Positions 20,794 through 28,725 of a DNA stretch of 28,725 bases are shown piece by piece. Position 1 is the first letter of the stretch. Each line of letters begins with the position of its first letter. The notes beneath the pieces are model-generated. The model saw nothing but the letters and a program-made list of their open reading frames with translations. It did no database searches and was not told where the DNA came from. The stretch comes from Vezdaea acicularis. Its lineage: Eukaryota. A program made the position numbers and the translations under genes. Where the stretch lies: positions 310,001 to 338,725 of the forward strand of contig JAPEUI010000003.1 in assembly GCA_026025075.1 (NCBI GenBank), given 5' to 3'.

Positions 20794-23700
20794 ATGGCTC
20801 CTTCTTTGACAAACCACGCCTCGTTCGTTCGGCCATGGACGAGCGACCGTCCGTCGACTCGCGATCAGAGCGACAATGGCCTCGTCATCCCAAGCCGCAC
20901 CTCTTCCCTGCATTCGAGAATTACACAGCCCATCCCGTCGACTCTCAATATGAAGACGACCCAGCGGACGCCCAAGACGCTCACCCATGCCTATATGGTG
21001 TGCGGTGTCGGTCGAGAACCGTCACAATGGGTCAAGGCACCGCCTCCAGCTCAAGGGAAGATCCAGCACATGAAGGGCGCAGTCGGACAATTCTGGCTGC
21101 CTGAGATTCTTGGGAGTAGCCCCAGGCTGGAGCAAGATAACGAGATCGCTCGCTCCTTACACGCTGCTATGAGGGTAAGAACCTATTCCGATATGACCAT
21201 TTCGGCAGTTTCCGAGGCGGGCAACTTTTCCTGTAAGAGCGAGCTGACATTACCGCGTTAGGCATGTTTCCCACACGATGTTGAGATTTGCACTGGCCGA
21301 AGCCAACCGCACTGCGTCCACCATTCCTTCGTCCTGCAACAAGACTCTTCCCACACCCTCTACGGCATTGCTCTTCGCGTCTGGTCTCGAGCGGACGACA
21401 AGCGTGCCGAGACGATTCGAGACCTACGAAAGCGTACCGAGTCGGACTTTTACGATTCGCCGGACGAAACATACTGGATTCCATACTGCTTGAGCTTCCT
21501 CTCGAGATACCCGCTTTACAATTTGCTTGGTGACTATCTTCGCGGCATGTGGATCCACTGGAACAAGGCGACCAACCTCTTCCACGCCGAGGAAGTCTCC
21601 CGAATCCTCAGCTTCCCCGCCCCACGATTGAATGACCTGGTACGAATCGACATGAAGGACTATGCCTTGTGCTATCAGTTCCCCTCCTCCCCTACGGGCT
21701 TCCAGAACTTCGCCATGTGGCCGTTGTTCACCTGTCTTTCCATTCCTAACATCGTGGGCGTGCTAGAAGCGGCTCTTTCACCAACCAGACGTATCATCTT
21801 CGTCAGCCACTACCCCGCGATGTTGACCGTTGCGGCCGAGACCATCCGTTACTGCGTACGTGTGTATGAGTGGAGTGGCCTCTACGTTCCGGTCGTACAT
21901 GCTCGCCACGCAAAGGAACTCGTCCAGGAACCTGGCCCATATATCCTCGGTATCACCGCCGAATGCAAGACTCTTTTCTCTGCGCCATCCGACGCCTTGG
22001 TCGTGGACCTGGACCGCAACTTTGTCCTCACCTCCAACCCGCCCACTGCCTTGTCTGCTGGCCAGCGGACGAAGATGATCACGCGGCTGACCCAAGCTCT
22101 CGCCGGCGAGGTTGCACCGTCAGGTGTTCCTCAGCATCTGAGATCCGCCTATGGCGGTGGTAAACTCGTCCCGGCTGGCCAGATTATCGTCATGCGGGGT
22201 GAGGTGGAGAGCATCCAGGATCCCGAATGGTGGAGCCAGGACTCAGTCATGGCCGTCATGGATCACGTTTGTGAGAAGATGGTGAGCTGAAGCATGCTAC
22301 TCGTATGAGAAACATAATACTGATATCTACTCCTAGGGCCGCAACACTGGCATCAAAGCTGTTTTTGGAGGTGCGATCAAGAAGCCACTGATGACAAAGG
22401 TCTCGATGAGACACCTCAACGAGATTGTGCGCGAGAGGAACCAGTACTCTCGAGATGCTTTGGAGGCATGGCAAGACTTTATCAACCTCAAGGGCCGCAT
22501 GGACACGGAGCTAGGAAAGGTCACCAAGAGGAACAACTTCTTGGTCGAGGAGCTTGAAAGCTGGAAGCAGCAGTTCCTCAAGTTCCAGGCCTTTGCCGAG
22601 CAGCTCACCAAGGAGACCACCGAGCTCAAAGCCAAGATTGAGAATGGAAAGCGCGAGAACCGCCGTCTTACCTCGCTCATCGACCAGCAAAAGGACGACA
22701 CGGCCCGCCTGACCGTCCGCCTTTCTGGTACGGAGAAGCAACGCGACGACGCCCTCGAAGCGCTCGTCCTCCAGCAGGAGATTGCCGAGGAGCTCGAACG
22801 CGAGCGCAAGCGCAACAAGAAGGAGCTTGCGGCTCTACAACACACCAACGCGACCATCCTCCGCCAGCGCGACGAGGCCAACCGCGTCGTCGTCCACCTC
22901 CGCAGCTTGATCAGCGGCCAGGCCCACCACATGGAGCACATTGTGCGGTCCCTCAACAAGGCGCCCGAACTGACGGACTTTATCGAAGAAGGCTTCGAGG
23001 ACCTCCCCGAAGACGACAACGATGGCGCGTCCCTCCCCGACACCAACACCACCGTCGCCGCTTCTGCCGGTCGGCCCACGTCCTTCCGCAACTCCATCTT
23101 CCGCGCCTCGTCCCGCACGTCCTCGCGCGCCTTCTCTCGCGCCTCGACCGTCGACGGCAACGGCAAGCCCCTCGACGGCGAGGACGTCAGCCCAGAGATG
23201 GAATCCCGCCTGCTGGCACACTCTCCCACCCCCGGCGGCAGCCCCGGCCTGCAGCGCAAGCGCCTGTCGCAAGCATCCGTCACGGACGTGGCCGACCGCC
23301 ACCTCCGCGACAAGACGGACGCCATCGCCGACATCATCCGCAACATCAGCGAGCAGTGCGCGGCCGCCGTCGAAGGGCTCCACATGGCCCAAGACGCCGA
23401 CGAAGAGGAGACGGACGCCCTCGACGACGACGAGCATGCCCACCACCACCACCACAAGACCGCCTTGCCCGCCGGCAGCGAAGACGGCCATCACGCCACT
23501 TCCTCGGTCGCGGGCTCCGAAGCCGGCTCCGAAAGCCAGGGCCTCCTCGGCGCGCGCGATATGAGCAACTCGTCCATCCCCCCCACCCCGGATCTCGTGC
23601 ATCGGAGTAGCACCTCGCTCAGCATGGCAAGTAGCAGCGGCACAACGCCCGAGCGCCACTCCGGCTCGTTTCAGCAGGCGGACGTCCCGACCAAGATTGT

Positions 23701-23839
23701 AGAGGATGAGGGCGAGGCGCTCGAGGGCCAGGATGAGCATGGCGATGAGCATGCGGGCGAGGTCTTTAGTGGCAAGGGCCAGGAGTCGCTCATTCGACGG
23801 CCTGGTGGGGCGCGGATCAGCGCGTTGGGCACGGTGTAG
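20794..23839 (+). CDS. DENN-domain protein (putative Rab GEF) with C-terminal coiled coil. Exons 20794-21174, 21262-22281, 22337-23839
   Basis: ACFPHD...HHSFVL...LYGIAL (uDENN), YWIPYCLSFLSRYP, WPLFTCLS..NIVGVLEAAL...RIIFVS, LYVPV...PGPYILG...LVVDLD (cDENN), long heptad-rich region. Two phase-0 introns. Confidence 0.9.
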
Positions 23840-26800
23840 AGGAGTGACTTGAGTTGGCAGAGGGAGGAGGAGGGGGAAAAAGTTTTTGAGGGCGGGTGTT
23901 TTTGTGTGTGTGTCTGGTGTGTGCGGGGCAGGGGAGTGTTTTGAGATTGTGTGTGATATGTGAGAAAAGATGGTCTGGAAGATTGTGAGATAATTGGCGT
24001 GTGTGGAGAACTATAAGACAGATTCGAAAGAGAGAGAGAGGGGGATGTAAGAAACTCCGTGGGCGGCTCATCTTCCTCGACTTTTTCATTTTCCTTCGTT
24101 TTCTTTGATGGTCCTGGCGCCGTGCTTGGGGCTCTCGTTTCGTTCTCGTATTTTGTTCACTCCTACTACCGCTGCTATTGTGGTGATTCACTGCTGCTAC
24201 TTTCTTTGTGATGATAATTCTAGATCTTCGTCCCCGTGGGAGGGGGAGCGCAAGCACAGTGTTGTAGGACCGTAGCAGGGATTGATCGATGGATCTCCCG
24301 TTTTCTAGCTCTACAATGGTATTCGCCGTTTCATACCGCTTTCTTGGGTTTGTGGTCTTTCTTGCCTTTCTTGCTACGTTCACGCCTTGCCTCCCCCCCC
24401 ATGATGGTCAATACATACATACATCATCCACCCTGCTCCTCGATCCTTAAGTACTGATAAGACCTCCCCCCTCTCCCCTGATACACTGGAAGCAAGGCAC
24501 AATTCTCATATATCAATAAACAAGAGACTTAAATAAACCAAAAGCAGGGGACAAGCACGCTTGAACCACCGATTGCTCCACGAATGTCGTTTCGGGTTTG
24601 ATCCTAAGTAAGCGTACGTGCTGCTAGCATGTTCTCCTTTCATGTAAGAGAAGTGGGATGATATATTAGAAGAAGAAGCAAGCCCCTTCCGAGGAGTTTG
24701 TGTATAATGCCTGCCCTTCTCAGGTTGGCGGATTGGTGAGCTCAGCCCTACCCCCCCCAAGCTCCTTGGTGGAGGGGTAATGATGATGATTTAAAGAACT
24801 ACACCCCTCCCCCCTCCCCCTCCCTTTCTTCCATCCCTCTTCCCTACAAGGCAGAGCAGAGCAGAGCGTCCGTCCGTATTTGGGTTTGACTTGCATTCCT
24901 TGCCCCCCCCTCCGCCCACGAAACTGCATAGTAAGATTCCCTAGCGAATATATAGGCAGATAATCGCCTCCAATCAATCCTTAATCCAGAAGCAGGACTA
25001 CTTATAAGTTCCGAGGAAACGCCCTTACCTCCCTCCCATGAAGATAAACTTGGAGCGGGAGTGGAAGGGGTTCGGGTTTTCGGGTTTCCGCTTTTATCGC
25101 TGGGTTAGTTAAGTTGATTGAGTTGGGTTTAATTGGATCCCCGCGTTTAGTGAATGGGTGGGGAAATCCTTCACGTGGAGAGATGCGGTAGGGCTCGATA
25201 CTTTCCCCCTTTTCTCCCACTTTGAGAGATGGCGGGAGAGGGAGAGGTCTCTGCATTGTCTAAGATATCAGGATTTCGTCAAAGTTGATTACTTAGTCGG
25301 TACATGTACTCTTCCCATCTTCCCCCTTTTCGATTGAAGGTTCTCACGAGGGCAGCTGTTTCCCCCTTTCCCTTCCTCCTCTGCCCTTCCTCCCCTGCCC
25401 GAGCCCCCCGCCCGAGGCCCCGCCCGCGCGTCTTCCGGGAGCAAGCGCGACGCGGTTCGCGTGTATAGCGCCCTTTACGGCAAGACAGCCGTGAAAAGAC
25501 AAAGAAGACGGCAAACGGTGGTAGCGTCCGTGTACGGCAGATTGCGGACGGGGATAATAGGGCGAGGGGTCCTGAAACGGCGGCGCGGAGGCGAAGGGGG
25601 GGGGTTGCACGTGCTTTTAGGAGGGGGGACGCATAGTGATAGATCCTGCACGCTTAACGGCTGTCAGCCGCGTAGAATATGGCACGGCTTGACCTAGCCT
25701 AGCGCAGCCTAGCTTAGTCTAGTCTTGCCTCGCGTCGAACGAAATGCATGGAAGGATCGCTCTCGCCGCTTTGAAGCCTGAATGGCTCCTTTTCCGTGGA
25801 GAGGAGGGAACCTGGGACATGCATCCTGGTGGGTGGATGTGTGGGAAATGGGAGCGCCTCCCGTGGCTGGACGTTCTTTGGGGTGGGAGGAAAAAGCACG
25901 AGGGGAAAGCCGTCGAACTTCGGTTGCGCGCGTTGCTTTTCGCTTTTTACTGCGTCGCACGCTTCGCTTCGCGCGAGGGGAGAGAGCCGTGGGGATGGAA
26001 TGTGGAATGTGCACCCCCCATTCTCTTCCGCGCAGAGGGAGACGGGGGCGCCGGCGGGATGGCTGGCGCGGCGCTTGCTTTTTTTTGGTGATGGAGTTCG
26101 GTTGGGAGAGGAAGCTTTGATACTGGTGATGTATTTGTACGCCTGGTGGTGGAGGGGCCGCGATGGGTGATAAGAAGTCTCGCCGCCGCTGCTGTTCGAG
26201 ACGGGGGGTCTCAGAATGAATGGCATGCCCAGACGTGATGTCTCGCTCGATGGAAAGACCGTCGCCACCCTACGATCTTCCCCTTCCGGTCGGATGAGAC
26301 TCGTCCATGTCGTGATCTTCTGGAGAATGTCTATCCCCATGGTGAGCTGAAGAAGTAGTGGCGGTACCCACTCCAGAGCCACCCGTACAAGGGCTGCCCT
26401 TTCTTCCAGTATCACCATCGCCCCAGCTTTCCCTTGAGACGACCACTCGTGCACAGCGTCAACGCCGCACGCTGGGTGGTCGCCCGTCGTTTGTGACTTG
26501 TGTGACGGCCCGGCGGTGCGTGCAGGTCGCTTGCCCCTCTCCACCAACGGGCGAGATGAAGGAGAAAATGGCTGCTCGAACGTACGAGGTTGCTCTGGTT
26601 GCGCGCTTTTGGGGAGCAACATCCCCTTGCCCCCCGACCACGCTGTCGAGGTCGGTCGGTTTTGTTTGGTGGTCAACGCGCAACGCAAAGCAAAGGAGCG
26701 CCCGAGTAAACAAGAGCGCAATAGACATACAAGTGTATATCCGTGCAGACGATCAAGGTTATCGCGACCGTTCGATCGGCGATAAGATGCCAGGAACGGG

Positions 26801-27655
26801 AACATGGACTGACGTTTTTTTTTTTCACCACCGTCTCTTCTATCCCGCCCGCGGTCGCTGGCCCTGACACCCTCTTCGGCGGGAGGGAAATCTAAGGCAA
26901 GCAGAGTTGTGTGCTTGCGGGTGGTGTGTAGTGCGTGCGGTGGACTTGCTGGGTGGGACTGTCATTCGGCCACTGGGCCACTCGGAAGCCCTGACAGGCC
27001 CCCCTCTCTCCCTTTTCCCTCGCTCGCGCTGGGCCAGGCACGAGAAGCAGCGACGGACCGCGCTAGGGCCCGATCGGGCATGGCCCTCTCGTCCCGCCGG
27101 CCAGAGGCAGCACCCAGACAGCCCAGCCAGACGAGACCACCACCACCCCCCATATTCCGATAGAAAGTCACCCCAGCATTTTCTTTTCGTCGCAACGCCA
27201 GACCCTCCCTTTTCCCGCAATCCGTGGGAGACTCCCTCTTGGCCCCATCGACCTCATCACATCTCGTCCACATACCCCGTCGTCACGTCGAGAACCTCAC
27301 TTCCGCCCGCGACCGGGTCGACCCACGACTGCAACCGCTCCCGAAGATCGCCTCGGCTCGTCAGGGGCACGTCGCAACGGCTCGTCGTCGACCTCTTCGC
27401 AGCGACCACGACAGGAGGGAGGCGGCGCGGTTCGCACGTTCAAGCCACCAATCCGAAACGTGTGATTTTTTCCAAAGCGCTTTCGATAACCGCTCTCCTC
27501 GATCACCATCTATCACATCCCTTATAGCAATCTCCCTTTCGCTCGCGACATCTCTCCGCGACGTGACCGACACCTCGTCACTTCACTGACCGTCACCGTA
27601 CCATTCTCGCATCAAAGTTCACCGGTTTGGCTGGCAAGGAGATCTCCACGGAGGG

Positions 27656-28725
27656 ATGGCCAGCTCCCCTCCGAGCTCGCCGCATGTGGCGCCGCAGCGG
27701 CCGATGAGTGCGATGATCCGACCGCCGAGGAGCCAGAGTCGAATGAGCTCGAGCAGCAGACATGGAGGTGGAAGTCGGGCGTCGGATGAGGATGGGAAGA
27801 CGTCGGTGAAAGTCGGTGAGTTTAACACCACGCACACATGGAATGCTACGACTGCATACAATACTGAAGAAGCCCTGATGCTAATGAGTTCCGTTTACTC
27901 TCAGCTGTTCGTGTCAGACCTCCACTCAAGCCCTCCGACCCGGGCTTCGAGCTCATCCCCCAACGGTTCCAGCGGTCGATGGTGAACGTCACGACGGCGA
28001 CAAGTCTAGCGGTCGATTCCCCCCAGGGAAGGAAACTCTTCGTGTTTGATAGAGTCTTCAGCGAGAAGGTCGATCAGGAGGGCGTCTGGGAATACATCAA
28101 AGAGAGTGTGAACGCGTTTGTCCAGGGCTACAATGTCTCAGTGCTTGCATATGGCCAATCAGGTGCCGGAAAGTCTTATACGATGGGTACTTCGGGCCCT
28201 GCAGAACAGAACGACTCAAAGATTAAAGGTAAGACACGATTTTGGAGGGTAAACATCCGCAGGACTGACAAGATCTCTTTTCTTCGCAGGTGTCATCCCA
28301 AGAGCAGCAAATGAACTGTTTGAGAGGCTCAACGGTGGAAATCGGAACCCGAGCTCCGGTATCAAGAGCCCTACACGGTTCTCCACCACAGCAGCATCCC
28401 TACACAAACAGGCGGACAAGACATGGGCCTTGAAAGCGACATATGTCGAAATCTACAATGAACAACTGCGGGATCTACTGGTGCCGGAACATGTCCCGAT
28501 GAATGAGAGAAGTCAAGTTAGCATTCGTGAAGACGCCAAGGGTCGGATTCTCCTTACCGGGCTCCACTCAGTCACGATCAACTCCATTGATGACCTCTTG
28601 GCGGCCTTGAATTTTGGTTCTACCATTCGACAGACTGATGCGACGGCAATCAATGCCAAATCCTCCCGCTCACATGCCGTCTTCAGTCTGAACCTCGTTC
28701 AGCGGAAGAACAAGAACCAGACCAC
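27656..28725 (+). CDS. Kinesin motor protein, probably kinesin-4 / KIF21-like; continues past the window. Exons 27656-27815, 27905-28228, 28290->28725
   Basis: SVKVAVRVRP, FVFDRVF, P-loop YGQSGAGKSYTMGT, GVIPRA, YVEIYNEQLRDLL, IREDAKG, switch I NAKSSRSHAVF. The subfamily is inferred from the motif pattern. Confidence 0.93.

Noticed and set aside
22333..23752. Long antisense ORFs (374 and 305 aa), and similar ORFs over ATG18, the phosphatase and the TBC gene
   Set aside because: Shadow frames produced by the codon bias of the real gene on the opposite strand or frame.
24779..24790. Box C/D snoRNA starting at ATGATGA
   Set aside because: It is part of a short (TGA)n run, with no suitably placed CTGA D box or terminal stem.

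Overview
Eukaryotic DNA from a filamentous ascomycete (Pezizomycotina-type genes, short GT-AG introns with CTRAC/CTAAY branch points). Ten intron-aware gene models were built by hand: HAD phosphatase (-, truncated at the left edge), TBF1 telobox factor (-), membrane-anchored histidine-phosphatase-fold protein (+), TBC-domain Rab GAP (-), ATG18 (+), ULP1-type SUMO protease (-), short-chain dehydrogenase (+), BCD1-like zf-HIT protein (-), DENN/coiled-coil protein (+) and a kinesin-4-like motor (+, truncated at the right edge). I saw no transposase, tRNA, rRNA or CRISPR. The most unusual part is the 1.65 kb between the ATG18 and ULP1 stop codons. It holds a ~500-nt fold-back whose non-Watson-Crick pairs are mostly G-U on the minus (ULP1) strand and which covers the splice signals of apparent 3'-UTR introns. 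Three copies of a conserved 35-nt structured motif follow it. Similar C-rich-then-G-rich fold-back modules recur elsewhere, including inside coding exons. All pairings were found by eye and no folding or database search was run.
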